From the NCBI GenBank assembly GCA_051546255.1, contig CP128822.1, forward strand, positions 62,001 through 126,000: a DNA stretch of 64,000 bases, given 5' to 3'. Positions 53,565-64,000 of the stretch are shown here, piece after piece; the stretch's first letter is position 1, and each line of letters begins with the position of its first letter. The position numbers and the translations under genes are program-made. The notes beneath the pieces were generated by a model. The model had not been told where the DNA came from. It did no database searches and saw only the letters and a list, made by a program, of their open reading frames with translations. The DNA is from Meyerozyma guilliermondii (taxonomy: Eukaryota).

Positions 53565-54671
53565 CTAGTCCGAGCCGTTATCTGTAGACTCTTTGGCTTC
53601 GCTTTCTGTGTCCGAGTTCTCAGTCTTTTCGAAATCACTTTCCAGATCAATTTCATGATCTTTGGGTGAGGTGACAGTGCCCAATTCTCTACGTCGCGAC
53701 CTTGTCCTTTTTTGAGGTTCCAGGTCGGTCTCGGTGCTCTCATTTTCGTCAGTTTGTGGGGGTATTTTTTCTTCGTCTTCATTTTCCTTTTTTATTTTTT
53801 TATTTGCAACCTCTTTCGTTTTTCCTTTTCGCTTTCGTTCCCGAACGTAGATACTATCCAAAGTTGTGGGAATATTATCAACATCAATGCGTCTATTATT
53901 CAAATCTTGTGCACGTTTAGCCTCAAATATTTCGTTTAAATAGTCAAGTCGCTCCGAATGCTTGCCTTCAAGCTGCCATATACGAGCCTTTTTTGCATTG
54001 AGTACCGCATAGAGTTTTTCTTGAATATCTTGTATGATTTGCTTGTGTTCTTTGTGTGAGTTCTCGAGCTCTTCTTGCTGATTTTTGCTAATTGTTGAAA
54101 ATGTTTCCATCTTTTCAGTGGCCGCCGCTAGCTTACTCTTGAGGGCAGTGTTGTCCTGCAACACCTTTTCGATCCAATTGAACAAATTCTGCTCTTTTTG
54201 AATTAAAACATCTTCCACAGAATCCACCATTGATAACAAAAATTTTGCCTTAGTTTTTGCCAAAGTTTCCAGAGTCTTGAACAGCAACACCACAGTTTCT
54301 GAAATGACTGGCATTTCTTCATCGTCACGAAGTTCCAATTTTTCATCGTAGTAATCTTTCAGAGTTTCGTATCTTGCGCTAAGAGTAAGTGACCCGATTT
54401 TGTCTTCTGCCCCACAAAAATGCAGCTGGATAATCTCCATCCACTGTGAATACGTAAAGTCTTTGTTGATAGTTTCTTCAATCGTAGATTTGTCAATTGA
54501 AGCGTGGAAACAACCCTCTTGGCACATTCCAGTTATCCAGATTTCGCTAGTTGCGGGCTTGAAATACGAATGCATATAAAGAGAGGTAGCTTTTATTACC
54601 GTGTGTGACGCATGATCCTCGAGTATTAGAGGGACTGAAATAATATTCCCTTCAAGACCATTTTCGGACAT
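53565..54671 (-). CDS. LIF1: XRCC4/Lif1-family NHEJ ligase IV cofactor
   Basis: Globular head, coiled stalk with KLYAVLNAKKARIWQL (XRCC4 ligase-binding signature), basic NLS and acidic S/T-D tail. Confidence 0.72.
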   Translation of the reverse strand: MSENGLEGNIISVPLILEDHASHTVIKATSLYMHSYFKPATSEIWITGMCQEGCFHASIDKSTIEETINKDFTYSQWMEIIQLHFCGAEDKIGSLTLSARYETLKDYYDEKLELRDDEEMPVISETVVLLFKTLETLAKTKAKFLLSMVDSVEDVLIQKEQNLFNWIEKVLQDNTALKSKLAAATEKMETFSTISKNQQEELENSHKEHKQIIQDIQEKLYAVLNAKKARIWQLEGKHSERLDYLNEIFEAKRAQDLNNRRIDVDNIPTTLDSIYVRERKRKGKTKEVANKKIKKENEDEEKIPPQTDENESTETDLEPQKRTRSRRRELGTVTSPKDHEIDLESDFEKTENSDTESEAKESTDNGSD

Positions 54672-54731
54672 TGATATATCAGTTGAACTTCGTTTCGCAA
54701 ACCTGCACTAGGTGCGGCGCCTTTGCGACAA

Positions 54732-57700
54732 CTAAAAAAATGGGCACCAACCACAGTATATTAAAGCAAGATTTTCATCGTTGGTAGCCTCATTAATGAG
54801 CGTCTGGACAGTAGCCTCCACGCTAAGTCCTCTTCCAGAGAGTTTTTCGCCAACTGTGGATATAGCCTTGCCGGCTTCCGATACATCGTCTAATGGCTGC
54901 AACTTGATATTTCCAACGTCTGCCTCTTGTTGAAGATGCTTTCTTCGAATTGGCGAGATGCTCCATGTATATAGTGGATCCCATCTCAACACATCTAGGA
55001 TCACCAAAATGTGGTCGCTGTGCAATTGCATCACTCTAAAGGTATGTTCACACGATTTTCTGAAAATTCCCTCGACACCACTTATTCCAAAACCATCAAC
55101 TATGTCTCGCGTAAGTCTGAAGGGAACTGTTTCTGGAATCGGCAACTTCTTTCCCTGGTCAAACGCAACTCCTAAATCAATGTGAATTGGCTCACCACTT
55201 TCTTTGTCAAGCAAAATATTATTACAGTGTCTGTCTCCCAAACCAAGAACGTACCCTACAATCGATGTGGTAGCGATTCCTCGTGTGTACAAGACTCTGC
55301 TTTCAAACCAATTCTCGACTTCTGAGAACGTGTCAGCGAAAAACTCTTTGAGCACCGGCTGGACCTTGTTCTTGATGGACTTGAAAACCTCAATTCTTTC
55401 GCTATTGCTGCTGTTCTGGCACGACTTCATTTGTTCTCGTGCCTTTTCTGCTTTGATACTATCATGTTTGAGATGGTACGGTTTGATGATATCAATCAAC
55501 GCTACCGAGTTAGGAACATACTCAATGACACCTGCCTTAGGTCCCAATGGAATGGCTTTGTATGTTCTTACTCGAAGACTTCGCTTTCTGGTAGCTGAGT
55601 CTTTCTCTAAGATTGTGTTAACTTTTTCGAAAACTTGTTCCATGATAGAATCTTGTCTTAAATCATCAGTACCTGACTTGAAAAGTGCCCGGTGATAAGT
55701 TCCGTCAGAAAGAAGAAATTTGCCAATTTTCGGAAGACTCAACCCAGATGCTGCCACTGATATGTTACCGTCAATGCTTTTCATGAATACAACGTTTTCG
55801 TACTTGCATGTGTAGTCAATTGGAACCGTCATCGCTGGGGAGGGAATCGCAGGAAGTCGATGAATCCAATAATCGCCAATACTCAAAGACCCAAGATCAA
55901 CAGTTTTACCTCGCTTGACTTTATGTTCTGCCAACTTGACGCTATTGTCAGCAAACTCGTCAGCGTACCTTTGTACTTCGCTCATGTTGTCATTGATCTT
56001 CTGCAACTTGTACCATACTTCATTTGCGGCGCTTGTTTTTGGAGCCATAGAAGGGTTGACATCTTCATTAGCGTACTTTGCATGCTTTCTTAGGGAGATC
56101 AAGCCGTAAATGGAGTGGTAAGGATGGTCTCTACAGACTCGGAATACAAGCTGCTGTATGAGAGACTGAAAGGGGGTATTCTCAGTGGACAATCTAGACA
56201 TAAGCTGAGTGCACCAACTTACAATTTGAAAGCTGGGGATTTCCAGTAAAGCCAGTTCCAATTCGAGGCAAAAATCGTCTTCCTCAGATAAATTCAACCA
56301 TACGGAAAAGAAGGAATCTGAGTCTTCTGAATTATGTTGGTCTGCCCGCATCGTCCACAAGTAAAATTGCGCAGCTTTCCGTGAAAACATGCTTCTTTGT
56401 GATCTTAAAGCCTCCAAGTTTTCCAAGTCAGCAATGTGCAGAGCCTTGAGCTTTGAATAATAGCGCTGTACACTTTTCTTTTCGGCTGCTGATACCGCAG
56501 TCTTGCCATAGTGGTCCTTGAGCTCGTCTATTTCGCTCTTCTTGTGATTCACTTGCTTCTCTAACTTTGCGATTCCATCATTGAGGTTAACTGATCGACT
56601 CTCTTTTTCACAAAATTTTCCAAACGTTCGAAATATTTCAGCTTGGCGTTGATCGCCATTGCTACGTGCTTCTCTCGCTGCCCTTTCAACATGATCAGCC
56701 ATGATGTTTCCGGGAAGATCGTGTTTTGATTCTGAAAGCCACGATACTAACACTGATGTGATATAAGATTGCGAATAGCTTGTCTTTCGAAAAGGCGTAG
56801 TGATATCAGTATGAGCTAATTCTTTGGCAATAGCAAGTGGGAATTGAGTCTCGCCTTGGTTCCAGAGTGAGCGAGCAGATTCGAACTTTGCAAGATTAAC
56901 AAGCTGCTCCTGATAAGCACTATCTTTTCTGCTTTCAATCATCCTGCTAATCAAAAGAGTGCTGCGAATCATTTGTGGTTTTTGCTCGTTCGACCGGGTC
57001 AAAGCAACATAGCGAGATAGTTCGTGAATGGTTGCAATGAAGACATTTTCTAGCTGTTGTGAAGATGGTTCAGCTGCAGTCCCGCTCAACATTAATGCTA
57101 TGCTTCTCGATAACAATATGTTCTCTGCATCGCTAGTTTCGGAATCTTTAAACCAACCAGTAGTTGAAGCGAAGTCATCTATCGCAGTCAAATCTGAGCT
57201 GGATATTGTTGATATTCCTTTCATTGTAGCTAATAGACGAAGCCAACTCTTCGTATACTCACTTAGTCCCAAACCTGAAGCCTGAACATTTGGACGTTGT
57301 TTCCAAATTTCAACTAGACTTCTCTGGCAAATTTGTTCGATTTCAGTGGGCGATTCCTTTATATGCTTCAAAGTGCGATAGATAGTGGCATGTTCCTTGG
57401 TAGAGTCCAGTGTAGGTAAGGACCACGTATTTAGTTTCCACGACCATTCGTAGTCAGCCTCAGAAATTCCTGGTTGTTCTTCTTTATGATGGTTTTGACT
57501 CACAATTTTAGCTAGACCAAGATAACCTGAAGACACAAAATTCAGCTTCATGTCCTGATTCAGGGACGATGATAGAATTATATCAGTATCCAAAAGTCCC
57601 GTACCGTATTGAAATTTATCTCCGTCTGTTCCACCTTTGTAGAAATGACTCAACACAGAACCAAACGAGGTGCTACTAGGAATTCCTGCCAACAAGTCAA

Positions 57701-60700
57701 GACAGTCTATTTGTGCATAGATGTCATGGATGTGGGCCGTATCGATTGACCAATGTTTCATACTCGTTTTCAACTCTTCAGAAAACAATAAGGCTGGTTT
57801 GGGCATATGATATTCAGCGCAGTATCGATAAAGCATCGCCTTATTGAGTGCAGTGTATAGTTCTGGGAATGGAGACACCTTCTTGATAGAGCCAGTTCGA
57901 ATTAAAAGTACCGTTTCCAACATAAGTTCTGCACACCTGCGGCTATCAAGTTCATTGAAGTTTTGATGAAAGGTACCACAAACGGTATTGATTAAATTCA
58001 ATGCGTTGTTTCTTCCTTCCTCATAAGAATAAACGTAATTTAGAATCAAGTGGGGAAACAAGTTTGTCTTGAATTCTGGTACTTCTTTGATGAAGGCTGC
58101 TAGGTATGCTGCAAACGGGCTTCCGCTGACAGTTTCATCTAGGATCAGAGTGATTATGTTATCGAGCCATAGCTCGAACGAAGTATAGGTGTGGAACTCT
58201 TTTATACAAGAGACAAAACCGACCTCACTTGTAAACTGGGGTGGATCCCTTGTAAACTTGAGAATTGTAGGGTAGTCAATTGGCTTGATACACAGCACGA
58301 TGTCTTTCATATCCATTATCAGTTTCGAAACTTCACCTTTCTCCGTGACAATTCCTCCAATGAAAAGCTCGGCAGCACCCGCTGTCCTTGGATTCAAATC
58401 GTGACAATACTTTGCAGCTTGCCTGATAGTGTGTGAAAGAGTGGAAACGTTGCGGATGAAATCATCATGAAACTCAAAATTTTTTGCTTGAACTGAACCA
58501 AATGGCTTGATGTCGATAAGGGAGCCACCAAGATAGAAGGAAGCAAGATAATCCGCACTCCATGAACGAAATTGGTCAGAATAATCGGAGGAATGAGGTA
58601 AGGTCAACAATGCCTCAGCGATATTGCTGTACAATGCAAAAGGTTCTTTTGTCGCCTTCTCTATTAGACATTCGCTAAAGCGGAAGATGTTTTCAACACC
58701 AACACCACAATTCAAGGATTGATGAATGTACAACTCTAGGTTCTTGCCGGAAAGTGGTATCTCTTGCTTTGCAATGACATCTAGAACAGCAGAAAAAAGC
58801 AAAGTAAGACCATCGTCGTACAATAAAGCACTAAGAGTCCTCAAGTTGCTCATGAATGTCAGGGACATCTGTGCATGAGGGTCAAACCTTAGCATGTTTC
58901 TAAGAAACAACATCACTTCTTTGATAAATAAAACGGAGCTCAGAAGTGACAAGCCACCAACGTTGATCCAAATCATCATAGCATGAACTTCACTAAATGA
59001 ATTTTTGACCCTGATCATGTGGTTGCAAATTTTGACCAAGAGTACCTTCAACTTGTCGCATGGATCTCCTTCGTCGCTTAGCAACAAGACCAATTTGATT
59101 TGCCTAAAAAGCTTCAACTTCCTTTCGGGAATCTGATACTCATTCATTTCAACAAAGAGTCTTCTCACAAGAAAGTACACGTTCTCTGGCAGCCATACTG
59201 AGCTCTTATCATGAGCGTTGTACAACCGCTGAATAGTTTGTACTGCTGTGTTGATAGGTATGGATGAGGTTTCATTACCGTTGCTTTTCATATTCACAGA
59301 TGAAAAGAGAGATGAAAACTTGTCGCTTTTCTCTCTAGTAAGTAAACCTTTGATCGAGTTGTCATCAAAAATAGCCGTCAGTCTCACGATGAATAAAATG
59401 ATTTCGAGTCGATGAACTTGCAAAACTTGGGAAAACCCGCCCTTGTCAGACATTTTAAAGGCAAAAATTTCATTTTCGATTCCACCCTTAGTGAATGAAA
59501 GTGCAACTGCCACATCTACTGAGTGAGAAATAACACGATCTTCAGTCGTAAAATGGTCGGTACTCCTAGAAATAATCTCTTTTGTCTCGAGGAGACCGAA
59601 CGACATCGCCACACCTACTACGGTGGGGTATTCATGCTTTATGAAGGTGTCGACATTCTCAAATCCATAAATGTGAACGGGGATATCATTAATTGTAGCG
59701 CCTCTTAAGAAATAAGATTTGATGATGTCAACTTTGAATAGAGAGAACAAGCTTCTCACGTCTGAAATCTTCCAGTGGGAGGCTAAAAGGCTTAAATTCT
59801 GAACAACGTACGGTTCAGCATGCTTGAAGCTAGCAAACTCAGTTATGTTGTACACTGATGTTGCAAAATTAGAAAACGACAGACATCCTAATCGCAGAAG
59901 TAAGTACAAGAACGATGAGCTAGACTCAACTGACCTCTGCGGTGTATCGAACGCATTGATTATGCTCTCGTAAGAAATCAACTGTCCCCTTTGCAGTACA
60001 AGGTTGCAGATAGAATTGGAAATGTGGAAAGTGATATTATTCGGTGCTGTTGCGAGGCCCTCAAGTAGTAATTGTACGAGCTCTTCATTTGACCAAATCT
60101 TTCCTTCTCCCTCCAAGATCATGCTCTCAACAAACTTGAAGAATTGCAACGTAGAGTTTTCCGTTTGAATGAGCCCCATCTTGAAGCATTTCACATACCA
60201 CAAACAGATATCCTGACAGTCTTTTCCTAGATCAGAATTGAGATTCAATGAGAAAAGAGGGAGAAGGAACTGTATTGCCAAAGCAACGGTCACAAATGTC
60301 GACTCGCATCTCTCATATTTTTCGTTGGCGAGTAGTCTTTCGCCAATACAACGTACAATGCGAGACGCTGTCAGAATGGAAATTTCCTCTAACGGAAGGT
60401 TTTCGGCCAACCGAAGGAATTGGAGAATACCGACAGCAAAATCAGGATCACTTAAAGTCTCGAGAAGATGAATACAGCGAGAGAAATGAGAGGTGTCGCC
60501 ATTAGTTTTCGAGAGTACTAGAAGTTCTACTAGTACTTCGATTTTTTGAACCAGATTATCAAGTATTTTGGGCACTTCATTTCGACGCCCTAGTCCGTCT
60601 GGTTTCCTGACAACTTTCACGACCTTGTCACAATCCTTTATGGATACCAATTTCAACAAATCTTCAAGTTGAAGTTCTTTCAGGCATGCAATTGAGGACC

Positions 60701-62906
60701 TCAAGTTGAAAGTGACTGCCTTGATTGCATCAAAATCTGGTAGAGTGATAACATCGCTTGATAGCAACGACTTTGAGCTGTAAAATAGGGACGTTTTTAG
60801 AGCACTATCAATTGCTGTCCTCTTTAAACCTAATAAAAGGTGCACCAAGAAAATGTGCCACAGAACCTTGGATTCAAAATTTGCAAATGATTCAGTAGAA
60901 ATCAAGCGAGATATTAGCTCCTCAGTATCACCACTTCTGATAGCCTGGTTGGTATATATAGGAGAATTTGAAGATTTCTCATCTTTGGAGACATGATGAA
61001 TACGAACTGCAAATTCTAAATGCTGAATTTGCAAGTGTTGCAACCCTTGTAACGCTTCAACTTGGTCATGGAGCTTCTTGTGTACCAAGTTACCAATATC
61101 CGAGCCGCAAATCCATGCTACAAAATTAGCGGTTTCAACAGCGTCGTTTGTAACAATTTCACGGAAGCTCTCCCATCTTTCGAAGAGCCAGGCTTGGATG
61201 CTTGTGCTCAATATCATAACTGACTCATGGCCAAAGGTGGACGCAATTCTTTCAAGCCCGTACCAGAATCTGAATGACGAAATTGATAGCTGGATTGGTC
61301 CATTGACTCCTGACGAATCTAGGAGACTCTTAATGAGATTGACGCTATTTGGATCCAACTTGACAGACAGCAAGTTTGTGCACGATAAGAGGTATATGAT
61401 CTCAGAGCATATATCTGATGTTGATTCGTCCTTGACCAGTGTAATGGTGATTTTTAGTATTTGGTTGAACATCATTGATGAGAGCAGGTGAGCTCGGTGT
61501 AAAAACATGTAGGCTAGGGTTGCCTTAATGACAAGGAAGGAGTTCCCGCGTAGATAAGTGGTTTTAAGTGAGCTTAAAGCAACCGTTATGCATTTTGTTA
61601 CGTCTACTCGATTGGCTTGCGCTTCAGTATCAATAAAAAAAGCCAATACGAGTAGGGCAGTTCGCAGCACCTTAGGATCTGGATCGTCAGCGAGCTTAAT
61701 GTAGTACTCGATTGCGGTTGACGATTGATAAAGCAGGTTGTTCACAGAAGTTTTACGTCTTTTGAAATCCTGAGTCTCGGGAAGAGGCGTAACGACATAA
61801 TTCTTTGTCATTGAAAAGTATGTTCTCGTTAGGAGAGCCACACCTCTAGTAAACAACCAAGGTTTGATATCATGTGCCACATCTTTCAAGTAGAACGAAT
61901 TGGTTGAAAAAAACCTGTTGGACCGTTGGGGTAAATTCAGACCGATATCTTCTGCTTGTAGTAAGTAATCATACCCGCTCAGCTTGGGTATTAATTGGCG
62001 AATCAAGGAACCAACGACATAGCTACTCGAAACTTTTGAGCTGTGCAATTGAGTATTGGAAGATGAAGTGTACATATGGACAGCTTCAACATTTAAAAAG
62101 ATGCAAATTTGGAGTTGAAGTTCATGTGTGGAAATATCAATGTGAGACGCAATAACTTGTAATCCGATATGAATGAGATCGGTGACAAATGCTGTGTTTT
62201 CCGTTGACAACATGATGATCAGTTTCGTTACGATTTGAAGCACCAGGATCGCTAGTAACTCTTCTGACCCAAAATTGGAAAGTTGCCAAAGCAGTTTGAA
62301 CAAACGAAGATATACTTTATCATGGAAAAGGTACGACACGCAAACTTCTTGGTCGCTACTAGCGTATATCAAGTGGGATATGGATTGGCACGCTTCGGCT
62401 AATAATAACGAGCTTCCTTTTTGTTCCATTGTATTTTCCAAGGTGAGAAGTAGATGGTTGTACACCGATATCCAATCACTTTTCAGAAGATGATCCTTTA
62501 TAAAACACTGTTTGAGCAAAATGGAAACAATTCGTGCTAGATGGAGGCTCGCAGGAGCAAAAACGGCATTTTCTGATCCATTAAATAGCACAACTATTCC
62601 ATTAACTAAATTGGTATAGTGCTTCACACGAACAACTTTTGCGCTTGAAAGACTGAGTATTATAGTGGCACGAAGACTGTGGATTGCGGAGATGAGTCTA
62701 TCCTCGGTTGCCCGCGTTGGATTTGTCAAAAAAGCCTTTTTTTCGATTTTGATCAAGTCTAAAAGAGCACTGGAAATCGACCCAAATTGACGAGAACTGA
62801 GTTCAGCTGAACCCACCTGTTCCAACAATTCTAGCCCATCGCTTCGGTCTCGTGCCTTTGAGGACGACAAAAGGGTTACGAGCTGGTTGAATACCTGCGT
62901 TTCCAT
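54732..62906 (-). CDS. TEL1: ATM-family PIKK kinase
   Basis: TAN motif LSSSKARDR, SGLSLPK, DDLRQD, LGLGDRH, HIDLG, PETVPFRLTR, FATC GWCPFF. Confidence 0.97.
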   Translation of the reverse strand: METQVFNQLVTLLSSSKARDRSDGLELLEQVGSAELSSRQFGSISSALLDLIKIEKKAFLTNPTRATEDRLISAIHSLRATIILSLSSAKVVRVKHYTNLVNGIVVLFNGSENAVFAPASLHLARIVSILLKQCFIKDHLLKSDWISVYNHLLLTLENTMEQKGSSLLLAEACQSISHLIYASSDQEVCVSYLFHDKVYLRLFKLLWQLSNFGSEELLAILVLQIVTKLIIMLSTENTAFVTDLIHIGLQVIASHIDISTHELQLQICIFLNVEAVHMYTSSSNTQLHSSKVSSSYVVGSLIRQLIPKLSGYDYLLQAEDIGLNLPQRSNRFFSTNSFYLKDVAHDIKPWLFTRGVALLTRTYFSMTKNYVVTPLPETQDFKRRKTSVNNLLYQSSTAIEYYIKLADDPDPKVLRTALLVLAFFIDTEAQANRVDVTKCITVALSSLKTTYLRGNSFLVIKATLAYMFLHRAHLLSSMMFNQILKITITLVKDESTSDICSEIIYLLSCTNLLSVKLDPNSVNLIKSLLDSSGVNGPIQLSISSFRFWYGLERIASTFGHESVMILSTSIQAWLFERWESFREIVTNDAVETANFVAWICGSDIGNLVHKKLHDQVEALQGLQHLQIQHLEFAVRIHHVSKDEKSSNSPIYTNQAIRSGDTEELISRLISTESFANFESKVLWHIFLVHLLLGLKRTAIDSALKTSLFYSSKSLLSSDVITLPDFDAIKAVTFNLRSSIACLKELQLEDLLKLVSIKDCDKVVKVVRKPDGLGRRNEVPKILDNLVQKIEVLVELLVLSKTNGDTSHFSRCIHLLETLSDPDFAVGILQFLRLAENLPLEEISILTASRIVRCIGERLLANEKYERCESTFVTVALAIQFLLPLFSLNLNSDLGKDCQDICLWYVKCFKMGLIQTENSTLQFFKFVESMILEGEGKIWSNEELVQLLLEGLATAPNNITFHISNSICNLVLQRGQLISYESIINAFDTPQRSVESSSSFLYLLLRLGCLSFSNFATSVYNITEFASFKHAEPYVVQNLSLLASHWKISDVRSLFSLFKVDIIKSYFLRGATINDIPVHIYGFENVDTFIKHEYPTVVGVAMSFGLLETKEIISRSTDHFTTEDRVISHSVDVAVALSFTKGGIENEIFAFKMSDKGGFSQVLQVHRLEIILFIVRLTAIFDDNSIKGLLTREKSDKFSSLFSSVNMKSNGNETSSIPINTAVQTIQRLYNAHDKSSVWLPENVYFLVRRLFVEMNEYQIPERKLKLFRQIKLVLLLSDEGDPCDKLKVLLVKICNHMIRVKNSFSEVHAMMIWINVGGLSLLSSVLFIKEVMLFLRNMLRFDPHAQMSLTFMSNLRTLSALLYDDGLTLLFSAVLDVIAKQEIPLSGKNLELYIHQSLNCGVGVENIFRFSECLIEKATKEPFALYSNIAEALLTLPHSSDYSDQFRSWSADYLASFYLGGSLIDIKPFGSVQAKNFEFHDDFIRNVSTLSHTIRQAAKYCHDLNPRTAGAAELFIGGIVTEKGEVSKLIMDMKDIVLCIKPIDYPTILKFTRDPPQFTSEVGFVSCIKEFHTYTSFELWLDNIITLILDETVSGSPFAAYLAAFIKEVPEFKTNLFPHLILNYVYSYEEGRNNALNLINTVCGTFHQNFNELDSRRCAELMLETVLLIRTGSIKKVSPFPELYTALNKAMLYRYCAEYHMPKPALLFSEELKTSMKHWSIDTAHIHDIYAQIDCLDLLAGIPSSTSFGSVLSHFYKGGTDGDKFQYGTGLLDTDIILSSSLNQDMKLNFVSSGYLGLAKIVSQNHHKEEQPGISEADYEWSWKLNTWSLPTLDSTKEHATIYRTLKHIKESPTEIEQICQRSLVEIWKQRPNVQASGLGLSEYTKSWLRLLATMKGISTISSSDLTAIDDFASTTGWFKDSETSDAENILLSRSIALMLSGTAAEPSSQQLENVFIATIHELSRYVALTRSNEQKPQMIRSTLLISRMIESRKDSAYQEQLVNLAKFESARSLWNQGETQFPLAIAKELAHTDITTPFRKTSYSQSYITSVLVSWLSESKHDLPGNIMADHVERAAREARSNGDQRQAEIFRTFGKFCEKESRSVNLNDGIAKLEKQVNHKKSEIDELKDHYGKTAVSAAEKKSVQRYYSKLKALHIADLENLEALRSQRSMFSRKAAQFYLWTMRADQHNSEDSDSFFSVWLNLSEEDDFCLELELALLEIPSFQIVSWCTQLMSRLSTENTPFQSLIQQLVFRVCRDHPYHSIYGLISLRKHAKYANEDVNPSMAPKTSAANEVWYKLQKINDNMSEVQRYADEFADNSVKLAEHKVKRGKTVDLGSLSIGDYWIHRLPAIPSPAMTVPIDYTCKYENVVFMKSIDGNISVAASGLSLPKIGKFLLSDGTYHRALFKSGTDDLRQDSIMEQVFEKVNTILEKDSATRKRSLRVRTYKAIPLGPKAGVIEYVPNSVALIDIIKPYHLKHDSIKAEKAREQMKSCQNSSNSERIEVFKSIKNKVQPVLKEFFADTFSEVENWFESRVLYTRGIATTSIVGYVLGLGDRHCNNILLDKESGEPIHIDLGVAFDQGKKLPIPETVPFRLTRDIVDGFGISGVEGIFRKSCEHTFRVMQLHSDHILVILDVLRWDPLYTWSISPIRRKHLQQEADVGNIKLQPLDDVSEAGKAISTVGEKLSGRGLSVEATVQTLINEATNDENLALIYCGWCPFF

Positions 62907-63117
62907 TCATAGGGTGTCTGATAAGTGGTGTCTGGTGTAGTGGTTTTTTAGATCGGTGTCTGCACCCGAACATCCGATTCAAATTGGTTTCAAAGTGATG
63001 AATCAGTTACCAGTGGTTTATTGCCGCCTCCAAAAGGGGAATTGAGATGGATGTGAGGCAGCCACCCAAAACGGGATCGTCAGTATATATAACATGAAAT
63101 TTTTGACTTTTTGCTAG

Positions 63118-63462
63118 ATTTTGAATTTTCCCATTTATGAACTTCGTCACGAAGAATTGGTGGATTGTGAGTGTGATTCTTGCAACTATTTGATGAGCAA
63201 GAAGGGACATTTTCGTCGTTTTTTCCTACTTGGTTTCTTGTTTCCTCCAGCATGGATTGTGGTTTTATTTCTATTTGCAAATTTTCTTCATAAGAACAAA
63301 AAAGGTTACAGAGAGCCTCACAAAAAGCTCCAAGCTCAGGCCTTTGACACGTTTATTTATACGGTGTGTTCCGCGATTACGTATGCGGCGATGGCTGCCA
63401 TTTTTGTTCTATGGCTGCAAAACCGAGACATGGATGTTCGGATGCCTTCCGAGTCAAAGTGA
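63118..63462 (+). CDS. Small two-TM membrane protein of unknown function (start uncertain)
   Basis: Two hydrophobic segments (FFLLGFLFPPAWIVVLFLF; FIYTVCSAITYAAMAAIFVLW). Start is ATG 63193, or ATG 63047 via a short intron. Confidence 0.6.
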   Translation: MLNFPIYELRHEELVDCECDSCNYLMSKKGHFRRFFLLGFLFPPAWIVVLFLFANFLHKNKKGYREPHKKLQAQAFDTFIYTVCSAITYAAMAAIFVLWLQNRDMDVRMPSESK

Positions 63463-63549
63463 CAGTCAACATACAGGAACGAAGATTTGACTCGGGACCC
63501 GCAGTTCACAGTATAAGAGTCTTCCACTGTTCCAACAAATTCATTGCTA

Positions 63550-64000
63550 ATGAGTTCGATTGTTACCAAGAGATTTGCCAGTGGCGCAAGCAAGCTTCTT
63601 CGTACACCCTTGTATGACTGTCATGTTGAATTGGGAGGGAAAATGGTAGATTATGCTGGGTTCGAAATGCCGGTTTTGTACAAGGGACAGACTCATGTTG
63701 AGTCTCACAACTGGGTGAGAAGCAAAGTTGGGTTGTTTGATGTGTCCCACATGCTTCAGCACAAATTTAAAGGAGCCCAGCCTCGGGAATTGTTGCAAAA
63801 AATCACCCCCATAGATTTGGCATATTTGCCCATAAACTCTTCGTCGTTGACGGTATTGTTAAATAAGAATGGAGGAGTCATTGATGACTGTATCATCACC
63901 AAACATGGAGAAAATGACTACTATATGGTGACAAATGCCGGATGTCGTACCAAAGACGTCAAGTTCATCAAAGAAGAGGCTGCGAATTTTGATGTAGACC
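63550..64000 (+). CDS. GCV1: Glycine cleavage T protein (5' part, runs off the right edge)
   Basis: Manual translation: MSSIVTKRFAS...LRTPLYDCHVELGGKMVDYAGFEMPVLY...GLFDVSHM...GGVIDD...VTNAGC. Confidence 0.95.
   Translation, partial: MSSIVTKRFASGASKLLRTPLYDCHVELGGKMVDYAGFEMPVLYKGQTHVESHNWVRSKVGLFDVSHMLQHKFKGAQPRELLQKITPIDLAYLPINSSSLTVLLNKNGGVIDDCIITKHGENDYYMVTNAGCRTKDVKFIKEEAANFDVD

Noticed and set aside
1..64000. tRNA, rRNA, LTR or transposase sequences
   Set aside because: No cloverleaf or A/B-box pattern, long terminal repeats or transposon ORFs were recognised by eye.

Overview
Gene-dense nuclear DNA from a CTG-clade (CUG=Ser) yeast. The telomere-like ACTGGTGT motif and the protein sequences suggest Meyerozyma (guilliermondii/caribbica group); this is an inference. 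The window holds about 38 protein-coding genes: BUD2 (partial), NAM7/UPF1, GRE2-like, an epoxide hydrolase, BFR2, KRE1, eIF4E, BEM46-like, RTC1, SLD5, PAC11, MCD1, TLO/MED2, ATP16, XYL2, MRPL25, SMD1, DFM1, VNX1, a maltase plus divergent Zn2Cys6 factor, IAH1, SIN3, a C2/MUN protein, TRI1/UAF30, RRS1, GEM1, BOL3, PRT1, SPC72, PRE10, PFA4, PRX1, LIF1, TEL1, GCV1 (partial) and two orphans. Five spliceosomal introns missed by the ORF track were reconstructed (IAH1, SIN3, TRI1 x2, PFA4). The main find is in the 1.4-kb gap between IAH1 and SIN3. Its minus strand carries a template of about 1.75 telomere repeats, a U-rich H-type pseudoknot and Sm-like sites, the hallmarks of the telomerase RNA gene (TER1). 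Recurrent Rap1-like and TCCTGCA promoter motifs and very compact divergent promoters are also visible. No tRNA, rRNA, transposon or CRISPR was seen.
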